Part shown: piece after piece, positions 194,153 through 206,950 of the stretch
How positions within the stretch are numbered: position 1 is the stretch's first letter
Layout of the letters: each line of letters begins with the position of its first letter
Origin: Hyalangium minutum
GTDB taxonomy: Bacteria > Myxococcota > Myxococcia > Myxococcales > Myxococcaceae
Length of the DNA: 248,000 bases
Direction: 5' to 3'
Assembly (NCBI RefSeq): GCF_000737315.1
Contig: NZ_JMCB01000006.1
Location: forward strand, 764,001-1,012,000
Translations under genes and position numbers: made by a program
The notes under the pieces: model-generated
What the model saw: only the letters and a program-made list of their open reading frames with translations
The model's database searches: none
Told to the model about the DNA's origin: nothing

Positions 194153-197100
194153 ATGGCATCTCGTCCCCTCTCGCTCGGCTGGTGCTTCACGCTGGCCGTG
194201 CTCATCGTGGGTGCAGCCGGCTGTGGCGGCAGCGACCCACAGCCTCCTCTCCCAACTCCTGACTTGCCAGATGCGGCGCTCTCCAAAGTAGAGGTGAGCC
194301 GCACCGCCAACGTCCTGGCGGACGGCCGGGACATCGTCACCCTCACAGTCACCGTGGTGAAGGCCGACGGCACGGCGCTCTCGGGCCGCACGGTGCGGCT
194401 GGAGGTCTCCGGCGAGGGCAACATGCTGGCGCCGGCCTCGGGCCAGACGAACCCCCAGGGCGTGCTGACGGCGACGCTGGCGTCCACCCGCCCTGGCACC
194501 AAGAAGGTGAAGGCCTCGGTGGATGCGGAGGGAGGCCCGGTGGTGCTGAGCGCGCAGCCCACCGTGGAGTTCATCAGCCCCGGCAACCCCGCCACGCGCC
194601 TGGAGTTCACCGTGCCCCCGGGGGACGTCATCGCAGGCACGCCGTTCTCCGTGACCGCGACGGCGTATGACGCGTCCAACAACGTGGCCACGGGCTTCAC
194701 GGGGACGGTGCAGTTGACCTCCTCGGATCCCCAAGCGGTGCTGCCGGGGGCCTTCACCTTTGGCGCGAGCAACGCGGGCACGGCCTCGCTCTCCGTGGAG
194801 CTGCGGACGGCGGGCACGCAGACCCTGAGCCTGGCGCACGGGCTCTCCGGCAGCCCCCTCACCGCCTCGAAGACGGTGGTGGCAGCCAGCCCGGCCCGGC
194901 TCGCCTTCTCCGGGCAGCCGGCGAACGGCACCGTGCGGACGACGCTCGCGGCAGTGCGCGTGCAGGTGACGGACGCGTATGGCAACGCCACCCCGGCCTC
195001 CAGCCCCCAGGTGTCCGTGAGCCTCTCCGGTGGCGACGCCGCCGCCACACTGAGTGGCACGCGGAACGTGGATCCGGTGAGCGGCGAGGCCACCTTCTCA
195101 GACCTCTCGGTGGATCAGGAGGGCAATGGCTTCCAGCTCGTGGCCACCAGCGGGACGCTGACGCAGGGGACGAGCTCGACGTTCACCATCACCGATAACT
195201 TGGCCCCGGCCGCCGCGGTGATCGCCGTGACCGTCCTCACCCCCAGCACCGTTCGGGTGACATGGACGACGGTGGGCGATGACGGCAACCTGGGCCAGGC
195301 CGCGACCCAGGAGCTGCGCTACGCGACCACGCCCATCACCAACCTTGACCAGTTCAACGCCGGCTTGGTCGCCGTCGCCCCGTCGCCCCAGGAGCCTGGC
195401 AGCGCGGAGTCGACCCTCGTCATGGGCCTGACGCTCAACGTCGACCACTACTTCGCGCTCAAGGTCACCGACGGCGCGGGGAACTACAGCCTGTCGAACA
195501 GCCCGAAGGTGGGTGGCGGCGATCCCTGTGGAGGGGTCACGTGCACGCCGCCGGCGGGCACCTGCTCGGCGGATGGACGGACGGCCATCGGCTACACCTC
195601 CGCCTGCGTGGTCGAAAATGGCGCGGGCGTGTGCCGGGACACGCCGGCTCAGACTGCCTGCCAATCGTATGAGACGTGCGGCGCTGGCAGCTGCGGGCCG
195701 GTGACGGCGGGGAGCCAGGCCGGCAGCATCGTCATCAGCGAGTTCAGCGCGCTCGGCTCGGAGTTCATCGAGCTGCACAACACCACCGCCGCGGACATCG
195801 ATGTGCATGGCTACACGTTCCGGAATGCCGCGGGCGTGGAGGTGGACCTCCGCGCTCCCAGCGATCCGAACGGCACTGCGGGCACGGCGGTGGTGGTGAC
195901 TGCGGGAGGCCGCCTGTACGGCATCGCCAACCCGTCCGGCTCGATTCCGGGCGGCGTGGGCTTCGTCTACGGCGCGCCCGGCACCTCGTTCTCCCTGGCG
196001 GACACGGGAGATGCGCTGGCGCTCTACGCGGCGCCGCCCGCGGGCAACCTGCAGGACGTGGTGGACTTCCGTGCGTTCAAGAGCGATCCGAATACCCCGC
196101 TGGCGGCGAGCGACTTCGTCGGCTTCGCGGGCAGCTCCACCCAGCTGGATCCGGAGAGCCTGTCCGCAGCGGGCAATGACACGGCCACGAACTGGTGCGT
196201 GAGCTTCTACGGGAGCGGCGTGAGGGGCTCTCGCGTTACGAACACCGCGGGCGCGGCCAACGGCAGCTGCAAGGTGGCGGTCATCAACGAGGTCTACCTC
196301 GATGCGCCCTCGACCGATAACGGCCTGGTGTTCATCGAGCTTGCGGGTCCCGGAGGCTCCGTCATCGGCGGTGCGAAGATCGCCGACGTGGAGGGCCGGG
196401 CCGGGACCACGGCCGCGGGCGCCAACAATGAGTCGTTCAGTCCGTACACGATCCCCGCAGGGACCCGGTTCCCGGCGGACGGCATCCTCCTCATCGCCGA
196501 CCTCAACCCGAGCGGGCAGACCCTCGTCCCGAACTTCGTGGCCGGGGTGGACGTCGGGGCGAACAACGTGGACCTCGAGAACTTCGGCGGAGACTCGGTG
196601 CAGCTCATCAACGCCGCAGGGACCGCCCTTCTGGATGTGCTGGGCCAGGACGTCTCGGGCACTACCCTGGACACCAATACGGCGGACAACGGCTTTGCCA
196701 TGTACGAGGGCACCATCGCGGTCTACGTCTCCACTACGGGCTCCTGGTCCTCGTCGCTGGCGCGCTCGCCGGGCAGCGCGGATACGGACAACAACCGCAA
196801 TGACTTCCGGACGGATCCGTCTCCGACGCCGGGCCTGCCGAACGATCTGGCGAACTTCACCGTGACGAGCCTGTTCCCGGATGACGGCCCGGCCACGGCG
196901 GGTGCCAACGGCATCGTGGTGACGGGAACGGATCTCGCGCCGACGATGCGGGCGCAGTTCGGCGGCAGCAGCTCGGTGCTGTGCTCCGTGAGCACCCCCA
197001 CCACCGCCAGCTGCACGGCCGTCACCAACGCGGGTGCAGTGGGCGTCGTGGACGTGACCTTCACGCCGGCGGCGAGCGTGGGAGCCTCTGGCCCGTTCAT

Positions 197101-197569
197101 CTTGAGCAGAGGGTTCACGTACACGGGCAACGAGAACGAGACGAACAGTGTCCTGGAGGCGGACTTCTGCAACCTCCAGTCCCCCACCACGCTCTCGGTG
197201 GTGAGGAGCACGGTGACGCCTGTCATCTATGGCCGCATCTACGAGACGGGTATCACGGAGCCCCCAGGGCCGCCCGCGGGCATCCTGGCCGAGGTGGGCT
197301 ATGGCAACAACGGCTCGGATCCCAGGAGCAACAACTCCTGGAAGTTCTTCCCGGCGACGTACAACGTGCAGGTGGGCAACGACGACGAGTTCATGGGCTC
197401 GTTCACGGCGCCGGCCACGGCGGCGACCTACGCGTATACGTATCGGTTCAGCCAGGACAACGGGCTGAAGTGGACGTACTGCGACAAGGACGGGGCGGGC
197501 TCCAACACCAACCCGGACTTGGTGTTCTCGCCGACGCAGTTGGGCGTGATGACGGTCACGAACAACTAG
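194153..197569 (+). CDS. Invasin-Ig / lamin-tail / IPT domain lipoprotein
   Basis: Lipobox AAGC, VISEF..FIEL, INEV, YGRIYE C-domain. Confidence 0.75.
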   Translation: MASRPLSLGWCFTLAVLIVGAAGCGGSDPQPPLPTPDLPDAALSKVEVSRTANVLADGRDIVTLTVTVVKADGTALSGRTVRLEVSGEGNMLAPASGQTNPQGVLTATLASTRPGTKKVKASVDAEGGPVVLSAQPTVEFISPGNPATRLEFTVPPGDVIAGTPFSVTATAYDASNNVATGFTGTVQLTSSDPQAVLPGAFTFGASNAGTASLSVELRTAGTQTLSLAHGLSGSPLTASKTVVAASPARLAFSGQPANGTVRTTLAAVRVQVTDAYGNATPASSPQVSVSLSGGDAAATLSGTRNVDPVSGEATFSDLSVDQEGNGFQLVATSGTLTQGTSSTFTITDNLAPAAAVIAVTVLTPSTVRVTWTTVGDDGNLGQAATQELRYATTPITNLDQFNAGLVAVAPSPQEPGSAESTLVMGLTLNVDHYFALKVTDGAGNYSLSNSPKVGGGDPCGGVTCTPPAGTCSADGRTAIGYTSACVVENGAGVCRDTPAQTACQSYETCGAGSCGPVTAGSQAGSIVISEFSALGSEFIELHNTTAADIDVHGYTFRNAAGVEVDLRAPSDPNGTAGTAVVVTAGGRLYGIANPSGSIPGGVGFVYGAPGTSFSLADTGDALALYAAPPAGNLQDVVDFRAFKSDPNTPLAASDFVGFAGSSTQLDPESLSAAGNDTATNWCVSFYGSGVRGSRVTNTAGAANGSCKVAVINEVYLDAPSTDNGLVFIELAGPGGSVIGGAKIADVEGRAGTTAAGANNESFSPYTIPAGTRFPADGILLIADLNPSGQTLVPNFVAGVDVGANNVDLENFGGDSVQLINAAGTALLDVLGQDVSGTTLDTNTADNGFAMYEGTIAVYVSTTGSWSSSLARSPGSADTDNNRNDFRTDPSPTPGLPNDLANFTVTSLFPDDGPATAGANGIVVTGTDLAPTMRAQFGGSSSVLCSVSTPTTASCTAVTNAGAVGVVDVTFTPAASVGASGPFILSRGFTYTGNENETNSVLEADFCNLQSPTTLSVVRSTVTPVIYGRIYETGITEPPGPPAGILAEVGYGNNGSDPRSNNSWKFFPATYNVQVGNDDEFMGSFTAPATAATYAYTYRFSQDNGLKWTYCDKDGAGSNTNPDLVFSPTQLGVMTVTNN

Positions 197570-197589
197570 CGCAGGGGAGGGGCGCCGGT

Positions 197590-198492
197590 TCAATCCAGGA
197601 ACCGGCGCTCCCAGCGCTGCCAGATGTCTTGGGGGAAGTAGTACCCGCCGCCCGAGTGGTACAGCCAGGGCTCCAGCACACGCGCCAGCTCCCGGTACTC
197701 GGGGAGGTTGTGGCCGGCCTCGGTGTCGCCCGCCTCCGGCCATGTGCCCAGGGTGATGACGGCCCGGTCTCCCTCCAGTGGCTCGACAGTGGTGCCGGGG
197801 GAGGAGAGGCGGGCGCGCAGCCCCTCGACACCGCCGAGCTCGCCGAGCACGGGTTGGCCGAGGAAGGTCAGCCACGAGGGTCCCTTCACCCGTCCGTTGA
197901 GCCCCTCGGCGATGGATTCCACGTCACCGATGTCCATGCCGGGGTAGCGCAGACAGAAGCGGCTGAGGGCTTCTTCCGTTTCCCGATAGCCCAGGATGGA
198001 GTTGAAGAAGAGGCCGGCATGGCCTGAGTCGTAGGGGAGAGCAGCGGCAAGCTCCAGGGCGAGTTCACGCACGTGGCCAGGACCCTGCTCTTCGAGAAAC
198101 TCGGTTGGGAAGCAGAAGCCCACCGACGATACCAAGGGAGGATTGGGCTCGAAGAGCTGACCCAGCGACTGGCAGGAATACGTGAAATGGAATGAAGGAG
198201 CGCCTGACGGGTCGTGCGTCAATTCATGGTGGGACCAGTTCGACGCTAGAAGATCGCGCCTGAAGGTTTGCCAAGACGTGGTGTCCAGATACCCCCAGTC
198301 CCCCTGGTGATCATTATACCAAGCCAGAGCCTGAGGCCCCACGGCGTGCAGGTATATCTCGAACGAGCGCATCACCTCCCGTGCGATCTCATACTTGGAG
198401 CGGCGCATATAGAAGCAGATCTTCAAACCATCACGAATGATCAGCGCGCCGTGGCTTGCGTGGACTCGAACGCGTGGATAGTGCAGGCTCAT
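197590..198492 (-). CDS. DUF3396-like immunity protein
   Basis: LPYDSGHAG, KGPSWLTFLG, WERRF. Confidence 0.75.
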   Translation of the reverse strand: MSLHYPRVRVHASHGALIIRDGLKICFYMRRSKYEIAREVMRSFEIYLHAVGPQALAWYNDHQGDWGYLDTTSWQTFRRDLLASNWSHHELTHDPSGAPSFHFTYSCQSLGQLFEPNPPLVSSVGFCFPTEFLEEQGPGHVRELALELAAALPYDSGHAGLFFNSILGYRETEEALSRFCLRYPGMDIGDVESIAEGLNGRVKGPSWLTFLGQPVLGELGGVEGLRARLSSPGTTVEPLEGDRAVITLGTWPEAGDTEAGHNLPEYRELARVLEPWLYHSGGGYYFPQDIWQRWERRFLD

Positions 198493-199310
198493 TTTTTGGG
198501 TCGCTGGATATCCCAGTGGGGTGCCACGCGGGCCGGTTTGACTCCAAAGGCTCTTTCGTAAGCTTGGCCCTGGGTGAGGTTTTCATAAGGATGCCCATTG
198601 CCGTATTCATTCCATTTGGGCGGGTTGGTTCCCGGACAAGGGAACTTCAGGTCGAGGACGTCCAGAACCTCAGCCGCATTGCCCGTGTGGATGACGATGT
198701 CTGGCTCGATCGTTCCCACCAGCCCCTTGCCTCCTGCGCGCAGCAGGGCCTCCACCTGACTCCGGCTGAGCGGTACCCACTTCCCGCTGCCCTCATTCAG
198801 ACGATAGCGCTGCTCGAGGCTGAAGCCCCCTGGCCGTAGCTCCTGGAGCTTTTTCTGGATGCACTCCAGCGCGAGCTGGTGCTTCTCCCGGCCCAACTGC
198901 ATGGCCCGTGTCACGGGCTCACCGCGCGCGTTCCGCCCCACCACCTCGGCGCATTGCTCTCGCGTAGGGCTGCCGCCGAAGTAACGCTCGTTGAGCTGGT
199001 AGTCCGCGTCCTTCACGCAGTCGAGGATGGCTTCCTCGACACGGGCCTGCTGCGCCTTGTCTTCCAGGTAGAAGGCCGCGGCCGCCGAGCCCAGCATGGC
199101 CCCGGCCTCGGCGACGCGCTGACGGGCCGCCAGCGCCTCCGCCTCTCTCCCTGCCGCACCCGGGCACTGCGCAGGGAAGCGGGCGCAGGCGCTGGTCTCC
199201 GAGTCCAGCGTCTGCCCGTACACCCGAGGCACTCCCCGCCGCTCCACCCCGGCGCATGCGCCGAGGAAGAGCACCCAGCCCAGCACCGGGAGCCTCTTCA
199301 CGCGTCTCAC
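198489..199310 (-). CDS. Lipoprotein toxin with REase-fold tip
   Basis: Lipobox LGAC, IEPDIVI..LDLKFPC. Confidence 0.7.
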   Translation of the reverse strand: MRRVKRLPVLGWVLFLGACAGVERRGVPRVYGQTLDSETSACARFPAQCPGAAGREAEALAARQRVAEAGAMLGSAAAAFYLEDKAQQARVEEAILDCVKDADYQLNERYFGGSPTREQCAEVVGRNARGEPVTRAMQLGREKHQLALECIQKKLQELRPGGFSLEQRYRLNEGSGKWVPLSRSQVEALLRAGGKGLVGTIEPDIVIHTGNAAEVLDVLDLKFPCPGTNPPKWNEYGNGHPYENLTQGQAYERAFGVKPARVAPHWDIQRPKK

Positions 199311-199314
199311 TCGC

Positions 199315-200130
199315 GTGTCACTGGTCGTCGCACGGAGTGCCCAGCCGGGCCCCCGCGTACACTCCCAGCTCGTTGTAGATCATCGGCAGGTTCTCGGTGA
199401 TGGGCACCACCTTCAGCTCCACCTTCTTCTTGGCGCCCTCGATCCACAGCGGCGACTGCGCGCGATCCACCAACAGACGCAAGTCCCCCTTCTTCGTCGA
199501 GAAGATCTGTCCCTCCGAGTCCGAGACGATGTCCTTCATCTCCTGACGCTTCAGGCTCCCCTTCGGCCCCACGTGCACCCGGAAGCTCTTCTCATCCTCC
199601 GGCTGGAAGCCCTTCTCCACCAGGTAGTAGTTGCCCTTCGTGTCACGCAGCAGTGCGTACGGCTCGTACTGCTGCGGGTTCTTCTCGTACTTCGCCGCCG
199701 TGACGAGCTTCTGCGCCTGCTCCGGCTCCATCACCGTCCACGGCGTGCTCCGCTCGCCGCACCGCACCGCGCACGTCTTCTTCTCCGCGTCCACCTCCAC
199801 CTCCGAGAACACCCGCCAATCAATCCCGCGGAAGTTCGGGTTCGCCGTCTTGGCGAAGAAGCGCGGCTCCAAGAAGTGCGTCCCCGAGGCACCAAACGGC
199901 GGCGGCGCCACCTGCACGAACGCCTTCCCGTCTCCGTAGAACAGCTGCTTGCCCTTCTGCTCCTCCGGCGCCACCACCACGTAGTGGCCCTTGCCGTCCG
200001 TGCAGACCGTTGTCTGCTCCAGGATGAGCAGCTCTCCCAGCTTCTCGCCCTTGCCCCATGGGGGCTCGATTCCCCACGAGGTCCCCGAGAGCAAGGCCAC
200101 GGCCGCGGCGATGAGTCGTCGAGTGTTCAT
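199315..200130 (-). CDS. Secreted hypothetical protein
   Basis: Signal peptide, strong codon bias. Confidence 0.65.
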
Positions 200131-200144
200131 GTGCATGGCTCCGG

Positions 200145-200963
200145 CTACAGGTTCTCTTTGAAGAACTTCGTGGCGTACTCTTCCTGGTTCGAAGCGTCCT
200201 GCTGCGTGGTGAAGCTCACCGCGCTCCCGTTCAGCTCCAGCTTCATCTCCGGGCCGAACTGGCAGCGGTACTGCTTCACCTTCGCCGAGATGACCCGCTT
200301 GCCCACCGGCGTGCCGCACAGCTTGCCCAGCGACTCCAGCGGGTTCCCGCAGTACGACGCGATGCTGTAGCGCTTGATGATGTCGTCCGTGACGCTCTTC
200401 CAGTCGATGGTGGCCGTCACTTGCGTGCCGCAGGCCTCGTTCATCTCCTTGAGGGCCTTCGTGAAGCCCTCCTGCTGGCCGGCCTCGCGCTCTGGGCGGT
200501 TGAACGCCGCCAGCTTCGCCAGCGTGCCGTCCTTCTTCAGCTTCTCGTACTGCCCATAGGCGTCCTCCCCCTTGAGCGCCTGCGTGCGCTTCTCGTCGAA
200601 CGACACGATGATGGCCTTGCGGCGGCCCGGCACCCACACCTCGTACTTCTTCGAGCCGTAGGCCTCCCGCATGATCAGCGTGTAGAAGTCCTCGCCCTTG
200701 TACTGGGTGATGTAGTCCACGCCCCTGTTCTGCTCGTGGACCACGTGGAGCATCGACTTGCCGTCGAACTCGCTGTCCGTGCCCTGCACCGAGAGCAGCA
200801 CTTGCTTCTCGCCCTTGGGGCCCGCGGTGGTGAGCGGGATGACTGCCACCACCTCGCCCTCGGAGCCCGAGTACACCTTGCCGGTTCCCACCGGCGCAGC
200901 CGCCAGCACGGGCGTGCCCGACAGCACGCCCACGGCGATGACCGTTGCCAGGATGCTTCTCAT
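200145..200963 (-). CDS. Secreted hypothetical protein
   Basis: Signal peptide, four Cys. Confidence 0.65.
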   Translation of the reverse strand: MRSILATVIAVGVLSGTPVLAAAPVGTGKVYSGSEGEVVAVIPLTTAGPKGEKQVLLSVQGTDSEFDGKSMLHVVHEQNRGVDYITQYKGEDFYTLIMREAYGSKKYEVWVPGRRKAIIVSFDEKRTQALKGEDAYGQYEKLKKDGTLAKLAAFNRPEREAGQQEGFTKALKEMNEACGTQVTATIDWKSVTDDIIKRYSIASYCGNPLESLGKLCGTPVGKRVISAKVKQYRCQFGPEMKLELNGSAVSFTTQQDASNQEEYATKFFKENL

Positions 200964-201026
200964 GTTGTGTCCCCCTCCCTGTGGGGACGAGGGCGCCTGC
201001 TTCTCAGGTGCCCGCAGCCTTCCGTG

Positions 201027-202889
<1,863 letters not shown>

Positions 202890-203089
202890 GGGGGAGGGGA
202901 GAACACCGAGAAGGCTCACTTAAACCGCTTCCCCCGTGATGTGCCAGACCCCTTCCACACGGACGAAAGGTGTCCCGGTCGTGGTTTTCCCCAGGAGTCG
203001 CCGGCCCACTATACTTCAAAAATTATGGTGAGGGTGGCTGAGCGGCGCGCTCGTGCTGAGGCCGCCCGAGGTAGGTTCGGAGCAAGTCC

Positions 203090-204415
203090 ATGAGTACTTC
203101 ACCGGAGGTCCAGCCCCGGGTGGTGGACCCCGAGCAGCTCCTGAGAAGGCTTCATCCCCTGCAGATGAAGGGAGGGCTGGTGCTCTCCCTGTCGGTCACG
203201 TTCCAGTATCTGGGGCAGTGGGACGTGTTCGGCTTTGTCTTCGTGGCGTCCGTGGTGCGCTTCACCGCCAACGGCCTGCTGGCGCGGTTTGGCGTCCAGC
203301 GGTGGGGCCCGAGCGTGACGGAGTGGATCCGGCTGGGGGTGAACGCGGGCACCCTGGTGGCGATCGGGCTGTGGGCCGGGTGGAGCCTGCTGCTGTGGAT
203401 CTATGTCCCCTTCATCCTGCTGTGGCTCCATGGGCTGGATCGGTGGGGGTGGGTCCGCGCGGTGTTGCTCATGGCCGTCATGGATGGAGCGGCCCTGTGG
203501 AGCGGGTGTGATCCGTACCAGCCCCTGGCCTTCAGCATCATTGGCGTGCTGGGCTTCCTGCTGAGTGCGAAGCGGGCGGAGCTGTTGCAGCAGACGCTGG
203601 AGGAGGTCATCGCGCGGCGCGAGCAGCTCGCGCGGGCGCAGGACCAGCTTCGGGTGATGCACGAGCGGGCCCTCCAGCAGGAGAAGCTCTCCAGCCTGGG
203701 CATGATGGCCGCGGGGGTGGCCCATGAGATCAACAACCCGATGGCCTTCGTCACCAGCAACGTCAGCTCGCTCTACAAGGAGCTGCAGCTTCAGCCGGTG
203801 CTGGCCGAGCCGCTGAAGGAGTACGTGGACGAGGTGCTGCCGGAGACGCTGGATGGCATCAAGCGGGTGAACGCCATCGTGTCGGACCTGAGGCACTTTG
203901 CCCGGGGAGACCCCGAGATTCCGGCCGAGTATGACTTGAACGCCGAGGCGCAGACGGCGCTGCGCCTCGCGCACAGGGAGCTGAGCCACTGCGAGGTGCA
204001 GGTGGCGCTGGGAGAGGTGGGGACGGTGGTGGGCCGGCCCCGGCAGATTGGCCAGGCGCTGCTGAACCTGCTGGTCAACGCGGGACAGGCCACGCCGCCC
204101 GGGGGCACGGTCCGGCTGTCCACGCGCCGCGAGGGGGAGGAGGTGCGGGTGGAGATCCGCGACACGGGAACAGGGATGTCGCCGGAGACGCGGCGCCGCC
204201 TGTTCGAGCCGTTCTTCACCACCAAGCCTCCGGGGAAGGGCATGGGGCTGGGGCTCGCGGTGGCCCATGGCATCGTCACCGCGCAGGGCGGGCACATCGA
204301 GGTGGAGAGTGAGCTGGGCAAGGGCTCCTGCTTCACCTTGCGCCTTCCCCGGGTGGCCTTCTCTGCCTCCGCGAGCCTTCGCGAGGAGCGGGGGCAGAGG
204401 GGAGCAAGCGCGTAG
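203090..204415 (+). CDS. Membrane histidine kinase
   Basis: AHEINNP, GMGLGL. Confidence 0.9.
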   Translation: MSTSPEVQPRVVDPEQLLRRLHPLQMKGGLVLSLSVTFQYLGQWDVFGFVFVASVVRFTANGLLARFGVQRWGPSVTEWIRLGVNAGTLVAIGLWAGWSLLLWIYVPFILLWLHGLDRWGWVRAVLLMAVMDGAALWSGCDPYQPLAFSIIGVLGFLLSAKRAELLQQTLEEVIARREQLARAQDQLRVMHERALQQEKLSSLGMMAAGVAHEINNPMAFVTSNVSSLYKELQLQPVLAEPLKEYVDEVLPETLDGIKRVNAIVSDLRHFARGDPEIPAEYDLNAEAQTALRLAHRELSHCEVQVALGEVGTVVGRPRQIGQALLNLLVNAGQATPPGGTVRLSTRREGEEVRVEIRDTGTGMSPETRRRLFEPFFTTKPPGKGMGLGLAVAHGIVTAQGGHIEVESELGKGSCFTLRLPRVAFSASASLREERGQRGASA

Positions 204416-204426
204416 CCGCGCCTCGC

Positions 204427-205500
204427 TCAGAAGAGGATGACCATCGCGCCCTCGGGCACCTGGTCGAAGAGGCGAGCGATGTCCGGGTTGTGCAGGACGA
204501 TGCAGCCCCAGGAGAGCCGGCCGCCTGTCTCCTCGAGCGACCACTCGCCTGCCCACCCGTGGAAGCCGATGCCGCTGCCCAGCCGCGTCGAGGCGTCCGT
204601 CGCCTTGCGCTCCTCCCAGGCCTGGGCGATCCGGTTCCGCGCCTCGCGGGTGATGAGGCCCTGGGTCAGCCCTCGCTCCGCGTCATACGCGTTGGGGTAG
204701 TTCACCCGGATCCAGTGGCCGCCGTAGTAGGCCTCGTAGGCTCCGCTGAAGCGGCCCCGGTGCTTCTGCACCACGAAGTACATGCCCGAGGGCGTGCGGT
204801 TGTCTCCGCGCACTTGCTTGCGGCCCTCGGCCTGCCCGAAGCCCACTTCCACGCGGGACACCTCGCGGCCTCGCTCGTACAGCCGCAGCTCGTTGCTCGC
204901 CTGGGAGACGAGCAGCAGCACCGGCTCCTTCCCGGGCAGCGGCAGGCGGGCTCGGGCTTCGGTGAAGCTCCGGGCCTCGGCGGCCGAGAGACGTTTCTCG
205001 GCATGCAGTGACACCGCGAGGCGCCCCTTCGTGCCCACCCGGCCCAGGGGCTGCCCGCGCGTCACCGAGGCGCCGGCGCGCAGTGTCACGCCCTCCAGCT
205101 CCGCGTACTCCGAGCGGACATGCCGCAGCTCGTGGTTCTCGTAATAGAAGTGATCCAGCGTGAGCGAGCGGCCCTCCGCGCCCACCTCCGCCACACGCCC
205201 GTGCGCCAGGGCACGCACCTCGCTCCCGGCTGGAGAGCGCGAGGCGCCAGGCAGGGGCTCGAAGCCATCCGCGGGAGGCGCGGGCGGGCGGAGGTACGCC
205301 TCGAAAGCGTCCACGGCGGACGCTTCGGCGGCCTGGGCTGGCGGGGAGAGGACAGTCCACCCCACCAGCAGCACCCCGAGGCAGCGAGAGACAGGTGATG
205401 AGCTGAGTTGCACGCGAGGTGGACACCCGAGCCGTGTGTGCTGTTCCCGCTTCATTGCCCGCCGAGCAACCGGTGGGTGCTTGACAAGGAGCATCCCCAC
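204427..205500 (-). CDS. L,D-transpeptidase with M23-like N-domain
   Basis: IGFHG..SWGCIVL YkuD motif. Confidence 0.8.
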   Translation of the reverse strand: MGMLLVKHPPVARRAMKREQHTRLGCPPRVQLSSSPVSRCLGVLLVGWTVLSPPAQAAEASAVDAFEAYLRPPAPPADGFEPLPGASRSPAGSEVRALAHGRVAEVGAEGRSLTLDHFYYENHELRHVRSEYAELEGVTLRAGASVTRGQPLGRVGTKGRLAVSLHAEKRLSAAEARSFTEARARLPLPGKEPVLLLVSQASNELRLYERGREVSRVEVGFGQAEGRKQVRGDNRTPSGMYFVVQKHRGRFSGAYEAYYGGHWIRVNYPNAYDAERGLTQGLITREARNRIAQAWEERKATDASTRLGSGIGFHGWAGEWSLEETGGRLSWGCIVLHNPDIARLFDQVPEGAMVILF

Positions 205501-205520
205501 CCTGAATCAATGGGGTACCC

Positions 205521-206306
205521 ATGCCGCCGAAGATCGTCCACCACGACACGGAGCCGCCCGGACCGTGCAGCTACCTGCCCGACCAGCAGGCCTCGCTCGA
205601 GCAGATGGTGATGATGGACGTGTCGCCCGAGGAGTTCGAGGCGATGCTCTCGCGCGGGTGGCGCCGCTTCGGCCCGGTGTACTTCCGGCCCGCGTGCCAG
205701 GCGTGCTCCGAGTGCGTCACCCTGCGCATTCCCACCGCCACCTTCCGGCCCAACCGCAGCCAGCGCCGCGCCCGCGCCGCCTGCTCCCACTTCCGCGTGG
205801 AGGTGGGCATCCCCAAGGTGGATCCCGAGCGGCTGGCGCTCTACCACGCGTGGCACGGCTGGCGGGAGGAGGCCCGGGACTGGCCCGCCTCGGAGCTGAC
205901 GGCCCGCGAGTACTTCCTCCAGTTCGCCTTCCCCCACCCGTGCGCGCGCGAGGTGGCCTGGTATGACGACGAGGCCGAGGGCGGCCCGAAGCTCATTGCC
206001 GTGGGCCTGTGCGACGAGACGGCGGACTCGTGGAGCGCGGCGTACTTCTTCTATCACCCGGCCTACGCGGAGTACTCGCTGGGCACCGCCAACATCGTGA
206101 AGCAGGTGGAGCTCGCCCACGAGCGTGGCCTGCCGCACATGTACCTGGGCTATCGCGTGAGGGGCTGCGCCTCGCTGCGCTACAAGGGCATGTTCCGTCC
206201 GCACGAGCTGCTGGAGGGCCGCCCCGGTCCGGAGGAGACGGCGCGCTGGCAGACCATCACCGAGCCGGATGCTCCTCCGGCCCCGAGAGGCAAGGGCGAG
206301 GAGTAG
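205521..206306 (+). CDS. Aminoacyl-tRNA protein transferase (ATE/Bpt family)
   Basis: PCSYLP, GWRRFG..FRPAC, YSLGT, YLGY. Confidence 0.9.
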   Translation: MPPKIVHHDTEPPGPCSYLPDQQASLEQMVMMDVSPEEFEAMLSRGWRRFGPVYFRPACQACSECVTLRIPTATFRPNRSQRRARAACSHFRVEVGIPKVDPERLALYHAWHGWREEARDWPASELTAREYFLQFAFPHPCAREVAWYDDEAEGGPKLIAVGLCDETADSWSAAYFFYHPAYAEYSLGTANIVKQVELAHERGLPHMYLGYRVRGCASLRYKGMFRPHELLEGRPGPEETARWQTITEPDAPPAPRGKGEE

Positions 206307-206315
206307 ACTGAGGCC

Positions 206316-206837
206316 ATGTCCGGCCCTCCTCCGCTGCCCTGGTTCGCCTTCGCGCTCTCGCTCTCGCCGGATGTGGCGCGCGAGCGGCTCCGGAACCTGC
206401 CCGTCCTCCCGCTGCCGGATGGGGAGCTGGCCGAGGCGCTGGATGTGGACCTCCTTTATGACGCGCAGGCCGCGGAGTGGGGCGGGCGGGTGGCGCGGCT
206501 GGTGGATGCGCCGGGCCGCAAGGTGCTGGGGCTGCTGCGGCGCATGCCCGCGCATACCTGGACGGTGGTGGCGCGGCTGGAGTCGGCGCTGGCGCAGGCG
206601 GCCGAGGAGCGCATGGTGCGGGTGCGCACGGCCTCCGGGGCTACGCTCTCCGCGCGAGCCTTCACGCCACCGGCTCCGGGGCAGGCTCCGCAGGGCGTGG
206701 TGAGTGTGGCCTTCCTCGAGGCCCATGCCCGGGCCGCCGAGCGCGCCTTCCTCCCTGCCGCCTATGTGGAGCGGCTCCAGGCCGAGGCGCGCATCGTCCA
206801 GACCGTTCAGCGGGCCCAGGCGGACCGCATCCGCTAA
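206316..206837 (+). CDS. Gamma-glutamylcyclotransferase-like protein
   Basis: WFAF..L, VLGLL, YVERL. Confidence 0.6.
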   Translation: MSGPPPLPWFAFALSLSPDVARERLRNLPVLPLPDGELAEALDVDLLYDAQAAEWGGRVARLVDAPGRKVLGLLRRMPAHTWTVVARLESALAQAAEERMVRVRTASGATLSARAFTPPAPGQAPQGVVSVAFLEAHARAAERAFLPAAYVERLQAEARIVQTVQRAQADRIR

Positions 206838-206950
206838 GTCCCTGTCTTTACAGGTGAGCCTACATGTGAGGAAACTTCTCACGAGTTAAGAGCGATAACT
206901 CTTTACCTTCCTTCCTCCCCTTTGGAAGGGCGCCTCAGGAGGCCCGCCCG

